A DNA stretch of 64,000 nucleotides from Histomonas meleagridis 2922-C6/04-290x (taxonomy: Eukaryota; Protista; Parabasalia), in the NCBI GenBank assembly GCA_020184695.1, contig JAANOX010000071.1:62001-126000 (forward strand), in the 5' to 3' direction. The notes below the pieces were generated by a model. It saw only the letters and a list, made by a program, of their open reading frames with translations. It made no database searches and was not told the origin of the DNA. Both the position numbers and the translations under genes were made by a program. Each line of letters opens with the position of its first letter. The first letter of the stretch is position 1. Of the stretch, positions 33,832-44,473 are shown one piece after another.

Positions 33832-35974
33832 TCATTGTTGTATTTGCACAACAATTACTGATATGTTATCCAATGACCCACACTCGAATGCCTTATCACG
33901 AACTCTTACAGCCGAATTCACTGGGCTCTCACAGAAATCCAGCGCCATATCGGCAACCTCCTCATTTGTAATCACATCAAACACTCCATCGCACGCCATC
34001 AAAACTTTGACATCACTTTGCAGCGTCACTTCGCCGCGCGACGGCTCCGCAACAGCGTAAGCAGCCAACAAACTATCTCCGATGAACCTCGAGACGGCCA
34101 AAATGTTACTTATTCTACCATTGACGACATGTCCTCCATTTTTTTCAGCATATTCCACAGCTTCTTTGTCACTTGCCTTATGGTCGACTGACAATTGCTG
34201 CACATTATTTTCCCCGTCTTTTTTCCAACAAAGAAGACATCGACTATCACCCAAATTCGCTGTCCACATCTTATTTCCTTTAATGAAGACACAAACTGCA
34301 CATGTTCCACATGTTTCAAATCGAGTCATTTCTTCGCGAAGAGTCATAAGAACTTTGGTCAGTAATTCTTCATCTTTTGTTCCTTTTTCTTTAAGAAGTT
34401 GAAGAGTTATTTCTTTGAACCTTTTCCCCGCATATTGCGATGGCTCTTCTGATCCATGTCCATCGAAAATGCAGAAGAATGATGAATTTGTTTCTTTATC
34501 TTCGAATGCAATTGAGAAATCTTGCATTGTATTTCTTTTGCCTTTCATTTCAGCAGTGCCAAATTGTATTTTTCCATCTGCAAAAACACCGGATTCTTCT
34601 TTTGGTGGAATATTTTTATTTCGTGCTTGTGAACTTACGTTAAGTTCAATGAATTCTTTAATTTGTGGTATAAAGTTTTGAGATAATTTGTGTTTTTCGA
34701 CAAATTCTTTTGCTGTTCTTTTCGGAGGCGAATCATAATCGAGATATAACTCATAAGTAGTATCATCGTCCAGCATAATTGTGATTGACGTATCAAATTC
34801 TTTACCATTTTCATCTCTTACTTTTCTTCTCTTTTTCTCCGCAAGATATCCTGTGCATACCCATTTGTCATAACTAAAACTATACACATACAGGCAAACT
34901 TTACCCCGATAAATGGCATAGAAGATCCCCGGCATCGGTTTGGGTTCAAAATACGATGGAAAGTCGTAAACGTCCATTTGCTCAAGTGATGTGTTGTAAA
35001 TTTGATGCGAAGTAACTTTCTTCACTTTCTTCGGCGGCGCGAAGTTCTGGTGACGACGAGAAGACATTGACAACGCCTTTCGATTCTGCTGTGTAAATGT
35101 CTGTTGTGTTCTCATGTGAAATACACCATGGTGTTGTACCTGTAACAATTACATCGGTTAATTCCATTTTGTTTAAGTCAACTTCATAGATAACTTTGTC
35201 TTCTGAGCCAATGTAACAATAATGATCAATAATATCATAGCAGTATAAATAAACATCGGTGATTTGAAGTTTCTTTTCTTCTTTTAAAGTTTTATCTTCT
35301 TGAATGATCCATTTGATAATAGAGCCATCATTTCCAATCGAATAAACGCGTTCATTATATGCAAAAATGGACCGAACTGCACCCGAATGAGCATCTTTAT
35401 ATTCACTGATTTTATTACCACCATTTGACCAGATAGTAAGTGATCTATCTGCATTCGCTGTGATCAAAACATCAGTGAATTCACAGATGTCCCATCCAGG
35501 AAGGCTTCCATGATCAAGAATTATTTTTTCATCATTTTCGTTGATAAGATAAGTCTTCTTATCCCATGAAATTAGAGCTATCCTTTGCTTGGTAAGAGGA
35601 ACAATTCTGCAGATGTTGTCACTTGCATTGAATTCTGATAAGGGTGTTATATCTCCATCTGAAATAAGATCTTCAAATTTCCAGAAGAGTGCTTTGCCGT
35701 CTAGTGAGCTTGTAATAATGATTTCATTACCTTTCCATTGAGGAAGAAATTCAATAGCAGATACTCCTCGCTTGTGAATTTGAAGTTTCTTATATGGAAC
35801 CAATTTTTTTGCTGACTTGTCATGTTTTAAAATGTGTAGAAACCCCTTCCTGTCAACAACAAAAACAAATGTATCTTTTCCTTTTGTGACTACCTTGCAG
35901 CCTTTCAAGTCACTATCACTGACTTGAGCTGTTGATGAAAATTTCATTGCTGAACAAACATGTTTTTTATCCAT
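33832..35974 (-). CDS. WD40-PFU-PP2C fusion protein, split by one frameshift near 34985-35015
   Basis: The WD40 ORF (34982-35974) overlaps the ORF 33832-35148, which carries PFU-like KEFDTSITIMLDD...AKEFVEKHKLSQNFIPQIKEFI and PP2C motifs DGHG, NLGDSR, DHK, ACDGVFD, DNISV. Confidence 0.75.
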
Positions 35975-36493
35975 TTCTTCCGAACTGACGAAATAAAGAA
36001 ATTTTTTTTGGCAAAAATTGAAAGAAAAATGAAAAGTAACATTGTGAAATTCATGACTTTCAGGAAATAACTTTATTGATCCACAGGTTATCAGATCTAA
36101 GAATGCCTGAATGTGATCTTAATATTTTGTTTTTCTTCAACCAAGATTGAATAATAGTCTTTATCTTTATTTAACCAAACTTCAAAGAGATGATTAAATG
36201 ATCATTTAATTTAACTTCAATTTCTTTTTGTTCTTAAAATAATTTAGCTTCTTCTCAGAGTTGTTTATGATCTCGTGTAATTTATGTAAAAATAAAGAAT
36301 ATTAATAATTTGATAACTGAATTTAAAAAATCAAATTGAAGTTTTAAATATTTTTTTCAAAAGATATTTCGGACGGCTTGTATGTGATTATTTTTTTTTA
36401 ATGCTTTCTATATATTGATAAATGTGGAAAAGAATTTCATGAAAACGCCAATAAAAAGTGCCGGTCCTATCGTCCCTGGTTTTTCATATTTAA

Positions 36494-37822
36494 ATGAACC
36501 AAGAGCATGGAACGAAAGATGATTACGACCTTTTAAATGCTGTTGGCAAAGGGGCTTATGGGACTGTATATAAAGCCTTTGATAAGCAAAAAAACAGAAC
36601 AGTAGCTGTTAAAATCATTGATTTAGAATCTGATTGGCTTCCACTTTTATCGGAAGTTAACATGGTTGTTGATCTTTCCCATGAAACCATTGTCAACTAT
36701 TTTGATTGGTTCTTTGAAAGTGGGAAGTTATGGCTTGTGATGGAGTATTGCGATGGTGGCTCATTATCTGATATAATGCGAGTCCTCAGGCGTCCACTTA
36801 ACGAAATGGAACTTAGTGCAGTTCTATATGGTGTACTTAAATCACTTGAATATGTTCATTCAAAGAATCGTGTACATCGTGACATTAAATCAGGCAATCT
36901 TCTTCTTACATCCAAAGGAGAGATCAAGCTTTGTGACTTTGGTGTCTCAGCCCAACTAGATTCATCATTATCAAGTAAGACATCCACAAGAATTGGCTCT
37001 CCATATTGGATGGCCCCGGAAGTTATTATGTCAGTTGGCCACAACACCAAAGCCGATATCTGGTCCTTAGGTATTACAGCTCTTGAGCTTATTACTGGAC
37101 ATCCTCCATTAGATAATTTCCCACCGTTAGTTGCTATACTCAAAATCCCACAAAATCCACCACCAGAAGCCCCAACAGAGAGCTCAGAAGACTTTAAAGA
37201 CTTTATTCGCACCGCTTTAAACAAAGATCCAGAATTGAGGCCAACAGCGAAGGAATTACTTACACACAAATTCATCACCAAGTACAACAACAACAAACGC
37301 CATGACATTATCCATGATTTAGTTACACAATATAAAGATGCATTAGAAAATGAGGAAGACGACAACGAATATAACGAAGAAGAAGAAGAAGAGGAAGAGG
37401 AAGAAGAACTTGACGAAGAAGAAGACGGATTCTCGTTAGGCTTGACACAACAAGAGGTATCGACAATCTTATTTTCAGATTCAACATTTTGCGACATGGG
37501 TACTATGGTCGTGCAAGAACAGGACAAGCCTGCGAACTCAGGACTGTCTGATTGGAAGCCAGATTTCATCGATTCGCCGATGAATGGAAATGAGAATAAA
37601 TTAAGAATGGCGCAAAAGAGAAACTTCCAACACTTTAAGGACAACGACCTAAAGATAATGTTGGACAGTGTGAAGAAATTAGCGTTAAGTGAACTGGCTG
37701 CGAAGAAAATCCCAGAAAATGTGATAAGAGAAAATTATGAAGATGTTAGAGCAGGTATTGTAAAAGAACTTCAAATAAGAAACCCAGGGAAATACAGTGA
37801 TGATTATGAGGTATTAAAATAA
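36494..37822 (+). CDS. STE20-family (MST/GCK-like) kinase with acidic linker
   Basis: GKGAYGTV, MEYCDGGS, HRDIKSGN, CDFG, IGSPYWMAPEVI. Confidence 0.92.
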   Translation: MNQEHGTKDDYDLLNAVGKGAYGTVYKAFDKQKNRTVAVKIIDLESDWLPLLSEVNMVVDLSHETIVNYFDWFFESGKLWLVMEYCDGGSLSDIMRVLRRPLNEMELSAVLYGVLKSLEYVHSKNRVHRDIKSGNLLLTSKGEIKLCDFGVSAQLDSSLSSKTSTRIGSPYWMAPEVIMSVGHNTKADIWSLGITALELITGHPPLDNFPPLVAILKIPQNPPPEAPTESSEDFKDFIRTALNKDPELRPTAKELLTHKFITKYNNNKRHDIIHDLVTQYKDALENEEDDNEYNEEEEEEEEEEELDEEEDGFSLGLTQQEVSTILFSDSTFCDMGTMVVQEQDKPANSGLSDWKPDFIDSPMNGNENKLRMAQKRNFQHFKDNDLKIMLDSVKKLALSELAAKKIPENVIRENYEDVRAGIVKELQIRNPGKYSDDYEVLK

Positions 37823-37975
37823 AAACACAAAAAAATTTGGTGATAATAAAAAGTGAAGTGAATTTAACTTTTTCTGTTGGTTGATAGAAAATTCAATGGA
37901 TTATGTTATGAAAAATTGTGTATCGTTTTATCGTAAATGGCCGTTGGTAAATTTTATCTACTGCAAAAGTAAAAA

Positions 37976-38557
37976 ATGCTTACAACAATTTCAACTAAAT
38001 CAATGTTCACTTTGAGAAACCTCGAAAAAGCTGCTGAAAATATTATAAAAGAAGAAGTAACTCCTGAAATTCAAAATAATAAAATTGAGGAAGAAAAAGA
38101 TAAGAAACAACCAACAATTGAAGAACTCCAAAAAGAACTAAAAGAAGCTAATAATCGTAATTTATACTTGTTGGCTGATTTCGAAAATGCAAGAAGAAGA
38201 TTCCAAAAGTTATCGGTCGAATTAGAAAATACAGCAATATCAACAATGGCTAAGCAACTTCTTCCGGTTGCAGATAACATTAGACGCGTTCAGGATTCTG
38301 GGAAAAAACAAACAGTTGAATCAATTCTTGAAGCTGTTGGTATCATAGATTCAGAATTACACAACGTATTCAACGTTTTTAAGATAGAAAGAATGTCATC
38401 TAAAGGTGCTAAGTTTAATCCTGAATTCCATGATGCAGTTGCCACAATTCCTCCACCAAAAGGCGTTGAATCCGGCCATATTGTCGACGTTGTCACAGAG
38501 GGATACACTCTTGCAGGGAAATTACTTCGTGCTGCAAAAGTTGTAGTTGCAAAATAA
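37976..38557 (+). CDS. grpE: GrpE/Mge1 nucleotide exchange factor, hydrogenosomal
   Basis: LADFENARRR, LLPVADN, FNPEFHDAV, GYTLAGKLLRAAKVVV; MLTT presequence-like start. Confidence 0.92.
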   Translation: MLTTISTKSMFTLRNLEKAAENIIKEEVTPEIQNNKIEEEKDKKQPTIEELQKELKEANNRNLYLLADFENARRRFQKLSVELENTAISTMAKQLLPVADNIRRVQDSGKKQTVESILEAVGIIDSELHNVFNVFKIERMSSKGAKFNPEFHDAVATIPPPKGVESGHIVDVVTEGYTLAGKLLRAAKVVVAK

Positions 38558-39276
38558 AAAATAAAAATTTATTTTCACTCTTATATTCATGTGCTAGTAA
38601 AATATACTTAATAATGCACAAATTCGGTGTATTATTATTTAGATATTTAAGAACAAAATAAACTGTTTTTATGTAGTTGCTTTTGTAAATTATTTAAAAC
38701 TAAAAGAAAAAATTTATATGAAAAAACTTTATACACTCAATGTATACAATCGATATATATCTTTTTAATTGTTGAAGTATTTACTTTCTTTTGCAAATCA
38801 ATTCAAAAATATAAATGACTTTATTTAAAAACTTTATAGATATTGAAAATACATATTCAAACTATACTCATATGAATTACTATAATTATATAATATCAAT
38901 CGAAAAATTTCAATAAATATATCTCAAAATTATTATCATATTAACCTTGGTTTTTTTTTTTCAGGGGATTGATATCATGCGTAAATTAGAACCACATGAA
39001 TAAATTCATTATTAATTTCATAAATATATGCCTAAAACAGTTAAAAAAATATCTAAAAATGCTAGATTTATAATTTTGGTACTAATGAAATACATGTTTA
39101 CCTAGTACAAATTTATACAATTAAAAATAAATATGTTCTTCTCATATATTCTCAACACATTTATCTTGATAAAATTTTTGTATTTTAATTATGAAATTTG
39201 TTTTTCATTATAAAACATTTTGACATATTATTTCGTTTATTAACAAAGTTAAGTTTTAAAGAAAATCTGAAACTAT

Positions 39277-40560
39277 TTATATGTTTATTATATGATTATC
39301 TTCATCAAAATCATTGGCAAATGGATCTTCGTTAATATTATTATAATCTTTGAAATTAATGCTAATTTCTGTTTGGTGTTCATATTCTTCATTCGATTCA
39401 TATTTAATATCACTTATTTCATTGTTATTATGTCGGTGAATTACATATACAAAAATTAATACAAAAATAATTATTATTACAATAATACAAATAACTATAA
39501 CTATAACTATTGTTATTGTTGATGATTTGTTTTCATTTTGTGTTTCTTGATATTGGATATTAGTGAAAAAATCGGAATAATATTCGAAATATGATTTATA
39601 TATAAATTGTATATTCGTAATAAATAATTTGCGTTATAACATAACGTTGAACTGAATCTATCATCGTAAATATTTGCGTATTCGTGATAAACGATTTATT
39701 AATAACAAACAATGTCATGAACGAAATAGAAAATGTTAATAAATATGAATGCGAATATATCGTTCTTAAATAATATAACTCTATAAATGTATTCGAATAT
39801 GTTAATGTTTGTGATGATGTAAATGTATTCGAATTAGTAAATGTATTTGAGAAAGTGTTTGGCTCTGAGAATATATTTGATTCTATAAATGATTTTGTAG
39901 ATGTTGATGGAATTTTGTATGTTTTTATTTCGCCAGCATTATTGGATTTATCTATAATTGCAATATGGAAATACATTTGATTTAAGATATGTTCTGTTTT
40001 CAATTTGATGTAATTATTTGTTGTTTCATATCTTAATTCTTCTTCATCACATTCCATTTTATTGTCAATTACATATTTAAATTTTGTAATCATAAGCTAT
40101 AACTTTATAATTATATTCAATTCCATTATCATTTTCTTCAAACGAAAGTAAATTATTATTTGGATCAATTATAATATTTGTTATTTGTGGATTAGTATTA
40201 CATTGAGCATAATGATAATCATGAAAATGATTATCTATTGTTCTTTGCTTTAAATAGAAAATAATATTTGCAAGAAGTTTTATCTCTATATCTTCTGCTT
40301 CACAATTCGCATGCCCTGCTTGTATTAATGCAGCTTCTTGACTTGTGGAATAATATATACACTTAAAAATGGAAAAAGTATTTGTGCAAAAGATTATGAA
40401 TTAAAATAATATTAGAACTTGCTGTTACTTTTCCCATTGAAGCAGCTGTTTCAAACACAAATTGATGTAAATTCGAATTTTTTGTTTGAATATTCTCTAT
40501 GTTCAAGTATAGTACCGTAAATATATCCTGTAAAAATTAGATTGTACAACCATTGAATAG
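39277..40560 (-). pseudogene. Decayed single-pass surface protein (S/T-rich stalk, TM segment, acidic DPF tail)
   Basis: TFSNTFTNSNTFTSSQTLTYS stalk; in another frame TM ITIVIVIVICIIVIIIIFVLIFVYVI and tail NEDPFANDFDED; multiple frame breaks. Confidence 0.6.
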
Positions 40561-40674
40561 GTGGCTTGCAGTATCGAATTTAATTTTTTTCAAGACTCAA
40601 AGTTACAAGTTAAAATGAGCAATAACATATATGCTTATGATTTTCAAATAAAACACATAATAATTCAATACCTC

Positions 40675-40725
40675 TTGTTCAAGAAGTAATTTCAGATGCT
40701 TCAATAAGTGCTATGTACAATATTT
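40675..40725 (-). pseudogene. Isolated, internally deleted ankyrin-module remnant
   Basis: Reads IALIEASE directly joined to LLLEQE, with nucleotide sequence like the array modules. Confidence 0.5.
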
Positions 40726-40947
40726 AAAAAAAATATCATATTTAAAGATTCTGGTTATGTACCACAACTTTTTCTTTTGTGTAAATGATAACGATAGCAA
40801 CCCCCTGAATTTCACAACGTTACAAAGGGAACTTGATCGAGCAAACCTTCCACAAAACCACAAGATATAAACCACACAAAATTCTATGCTTAATTTCTAT
40901 CGTACCCTCATGGGTGTGGGAACTTCCTGGGAAGTAAATGAGCACAA

Positions 40948-41433
40948 ATGTTAAAGACATTCAACTGGGAAGATCCATCTTCAAACACTATTGAAGTTAT
41001 CAAGAAGGAAGCGGAAATAATGGGAATTCAGCTTCCATCAAGATTAAGAAAACAACAAATGCTTCAATATGTAATTAATCATAAGCAAAGTGAAAAAAAG
41101 CGTTTGGTAACTGAGGCAAAATCAGCCAAAAACCAAAGAGCTACATCTCCATGTACGAACATAATTTTCCAACCTGAAAAGGTTATATTTTATTCAAGTT
41201 CTCTACTTTCAGCATCAAAGCAAGCTGAGGTTCCAAAAAGTAATGAGTCAATTTCTAGGAGATCTCCAACACCTAGTTTTAAACCAAATTTGACCACAAG
41301 TAGAAACAAAATATTATATGCGGTAATATTCACTTTCATCTGCATTGTTGCTTTCCCTCCTTTATTGCCCATAGCTTTTATTTTGTTTTTATCATTTTGG
41401 ATTTATTCATCCTCAGCAAAACCTAAGTTGTAA
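40948..41433 (+). CDS. Small membrane protein with N-terminal HeH/LEM-like segment (possible inner nuclear membrane protein)
   Basis: DPSSNTIEVIKKEAEIMGIQLPSRLRKQQML resembles the HeH pattern; C-terminal hydrophobic segment(s). Confidence 0.45.
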   Translation: MLKTFNWEDPSSNTIEVIKKEAEIMGIQLPSRLRKQQMLQYVINHKQSEKKRLVTEAKSAKNQRATSPCTNIIFQPEKVIFYSSSLLSASKQAEVPKSNESISRRSPTPSFKPNLTTSRNKILYAVIFTFICIVAFPPLLPIAFILFLSFWIYSSSAKPKL

Positions 41434-41714
41434 TTAATAAACAATCATTAATTTTCCAAAAATATGATGTATGTTTTTAAAACCAGTCTAAGTTTACTCA
41501 GTGTTTGTCCATAAAAATCTGATGTTTGTTTAATTCAGTCCCGGACCTGACACCAAAAAACACAATTAGACATAAAAAATGTACACAAAAATAACGTGCG
41601 ACTAAATTAACGTTCGTCAGTAAGCAATTTTGTGGAAACAAAATGATGCAAAACTTGTTTTTTTACAATTACAGTAATGCCAAGAGACAAAACAAAAGAG
41701 TATCTTAGGGCAGT

Positions 41715-41920
41715 GCTAAATCCTCGTAATTTGTTCTGGAACATCATCCAGGATGGTGAGATATCTTATGTGCAATTTAGGTAGGTTCGGCAGAAAAGGC
41801 TGAAGAATCTGATAGCCTTCTATTCACATTCTGAAAGTGCACTCTACCATCTGAAAGTGGCACCTGGAATGATAAAATTGGAACAGGATTCGAGCCCAAA
41901 CCCGGATTTAGCGGTTTTTT
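41715..41920 (+). ncRNA. Putative ~205-nt rod-like structured ncRNA ending in T6 (identity unresolved)
   Basis: Nested complementary arms GCTAAATCC/GGATTTAGC, CTCG/CGAG, TGTTC/GAACA, ATCAT-CCAGG/CCTGG-ATGAT; GC-rich intergenic island. Confidence 0.5.
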
Positions 41921-42061
41921 GAATCAATTTCAACACAAAAAACAAACTGTCGTTATAAAAAGACTATAAGTATTCAATCTGTTTCTTGTTCTGACGCTGG
42001 CACAACTTTTTCACAAAATATGTATCGTTTTCAACTGAATCATTCTTTTTGTTAGGTACCT

Positions 42062-43063
42062 ATGCGTATGCGTTGCATCACTGATGGAAAAAGAGGAAAA
42101 CCAGTAACATCAATTGCGTTTTGCTGCTTAGATTGTAATCCAAACGTTGTCATTTGCAAAGAATGTTCAATCAATTGCCACAAAGGACATTCAATTACCA
42201 CTTGCCCGGAACAAACTTTTACATGAGGTTGCTACAATGGATTTTGTGGATCTCCTTGCACGATTTCAACCAAAAAACCACCGGTTTGTTTAACAATTGC
42301 AAAGGATGGCAAAGCATTTCGTTCAAAATCATATAAATGCATTGATTGTAATCCTGACGTATATATATGCAAAGCCTGCGCTGAGACATGCCACGTCGGA
42401 CATAATATACAAGCAGATCATATTATGGTTTTTAAGTGCGGATGTTCTGGAGGACAATGTAAATCTCAATGTAAAATTGCTATTTGCCCACCAATGCAAC
42501 AGAAACAAGAAAAGGAAAAAGAAGAGATATTACCAAATAATCCCGAAATTGAAGAGAACCAAAAACAAGAAGAGTTACTCAAAATGAAACAACGCGAAGA
42601 GCAAAAAAGAAAGCAAGCTGAACTATTACGACAAAAACAAAAGCAAAATCAGCAGATGCAGCAACAAATGCCTCCAAAACAATCTTCATATCAACCTCAA
42701 ACCCGACCACCACAGTCCCAGAGACCACAGTGTTCTTATCCAGGATGCCAAAAAGCTGCGTATGGCACAACGCCATTTTGTGATCACCATCGCTGCAAAT
42801 TCCCAACGCAAATTAATCCATGCAAAAATCCGATCTATGATGAGCAAACAAGCTTTTGCGCCCGACATAAATGTCGTCTTTGTAACAAGAGAGTATATGA
42901 CACGCGCACATTATATTGTTTCGATCATAAGTGTACAGACTGCAGTGAGGCGAGAATGAAGGGATTTCGTTTATGTGCTAGCCACAAATGTTCAGTTCCT
43001 AAATGTCAAGGCAGGAAATATAGGTCTGAATACTGCTATCAACACAAGAAACAGTTTAAATAG
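42062..43063 (+). CDS. Cys/His-rich protein: two UBR-type zinc-finger-like repeats, Q-rich linker, C-terminal Cys repeats; one in-frame TGA at 42224
   Basis: CLDC...ICKECSINCHKGH and CIDC...ICKACAETCHVGH are in the same frame as ORF 42425-43063. Confidence 0.7.
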
Positions 43064-43684
43064 ATTTTCACATCAATATTTGTGAGAATGAATAAAGTTT
43101 TCAAATATTTTAAATTATTTCACTAATGAAAATGAAATGTAATGTTTTCAAATGTGTTGGATAAAAAGGATTTTGTATATTTGTTTGTTCATTGTTTTGT
43201 TCGCCTGACCACTTGATTTCTTGTGGAGGGAATTCGGGATAGAGTGAGAGTTCTCTTGATATACAGGGCGTGGCTTTTTGCCCATTAACATGTTTTTACT
43301 TTTTTGAAATTTCTAAAAAAATTTATATTTTGTACTTTTTAAAATTTAAAATTATTAATGAAATAGTCTTTATTTTACACCTAGTTTTAGATATTTTTAG
43401 CATATATCAAGAGGTTATAGTTTTACGATGTAAAGATGAAATAACATTTAATTATAATAAATGTTTTGGCATTTGGGTTAATATAACTTCATTTGGTAAT
43501 CAAAATTTAGTTGATCAAAAACAAGATATTATTAGAAACACTTATGAAATTTACCTTTTAAACTTAACTTATATATCATCATAATATTAAATATAAAAAT
43601 TTGTTGGACAAAGTTCAAAACATTTCTAAATATTTTACATTTTGCGCAAAGATTAATAAGAATTTTTTTTGTAATTTATTTTTT

Positions 43685-44404
43685 TTATTCTTGTGTTTCC
43701 ACATTAACAATTTGTATTTGTGAGTCGATACTCTGTAACCAATTCCTTAGTACGTCATCATCGCTCAACAGGAAATTTCTTTGATGTCCCGACATTTTCT
43801 TAATTCTCTTCATATACGCATCGATGTTAGTGTATCCCATATTCATTATCTTGTTCATCAGCTGCTGCTTTAAATTCTGATTGTCTTGAATCTTTTGTTT
43901 GTACATTGAAACTCCAACTTGGCGGCCATTGTTTGTCAAGTAGATGGACATGCGAATGCAGCTCTGCGCTTCTTCGGGCGTGGAGAACTTAACGAAGCAG
44001 ACATGCTCTTGGGAGTTAATGTGCGTGGAGACAACTTTGCCATATTGCGAGAAAATGTGCTCCAGTGTACCAGCTTTAATGTTAAAATAGCCTTTGATGT
44101 AGACATTCGAGCCATCATTAAGATCTGCACGTGCAGCTTTGGGGCGCTTTGGCTTTTGAGATTGTTGTTGTTGTTGTTTGGGATTGGGATTTTGTTGATC
44201 CTTTTTGTGATTTTGACCTTGGATTTTGCTTTTAATGGGATTTCGCTGTTTTTGATCACGTGGATTTGGACCTTGAAATTGAGGATTTTGACCTTGAAAT
44301 TGAGGATTTGGACCTTGAAACTGTGGATTTATACCTTGAAATTGAGGATTTATAAATTGAAATTGAGAATTTTGACCTTGAAATTGAGGATTTATACAAA
44401 TCAT
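43685..44404 (-). CDS. RRM RNA-binding protein with N-terminal heptapeptide repeats
   Basis: RNP2-like NVYIKG and RNP1-like VCFVKF; start MICINPQ at 44404. Confidence 0.8.
   Translation of the reverse strand: MICINPQFQGQNSQFQFINPQFQGINPQFQGPNPQFQGQNPQFQGPNPRDQKQRNPIKSKIQGQNHKKDQQNPNPKQQQQQSQKPKRPKAARADLNDGSNVYIKGYFNIKAGTLEHIFSQYGKVVSTHINSQEHVCFVKFSTPEEAQSCIRMSIYLTNNGRQVGVSMYKQKIQDNQNLKQQLMNKIMNMGYTNIDAYMKRIKKMSGHQRNFLLSDDDVLRNWLQSIDSQIQIVNVETQE
44249..44395 (-). repeat. Coding 21-bp tandem repeat, 7 copies (xNPQFQG)
   Basis: INPQFQG QNSQFQF INPQFQG INPQFQG PNPQFQG QNPQFQG PNPRDQK. Confidence 0.9.
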
Positions 44405-44473
44405 CTGCAAAAACACCAGTTTTTCAAGCTGAAATCAATGAATATACAATTTTTTTAACGAGTTAATAACCAA

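Noticed and set aside
36856-37644. Long antisense ORFs (also 43919-44458, 46915-47532, 47847-48485, 58228-58806)
   Set aside because: These are shadows of strongly biased sense-strand codons (acidic or charged tracts), with no independent motifs.
41798-41860. Hammerhead ribozyme (CTGAAGA ... GAAA)
   Set aside because: Stem II cannot form adjacent to the core for either GAAA.
41479-41920. Full RNase P/MRP RNA using AGTCCCGG (41538) as CR-I
   Set aside because: The intervening region is A-rich, contains a T7 run and competes with the stronger local rod. Kept only as a possibility for the Rfam test.
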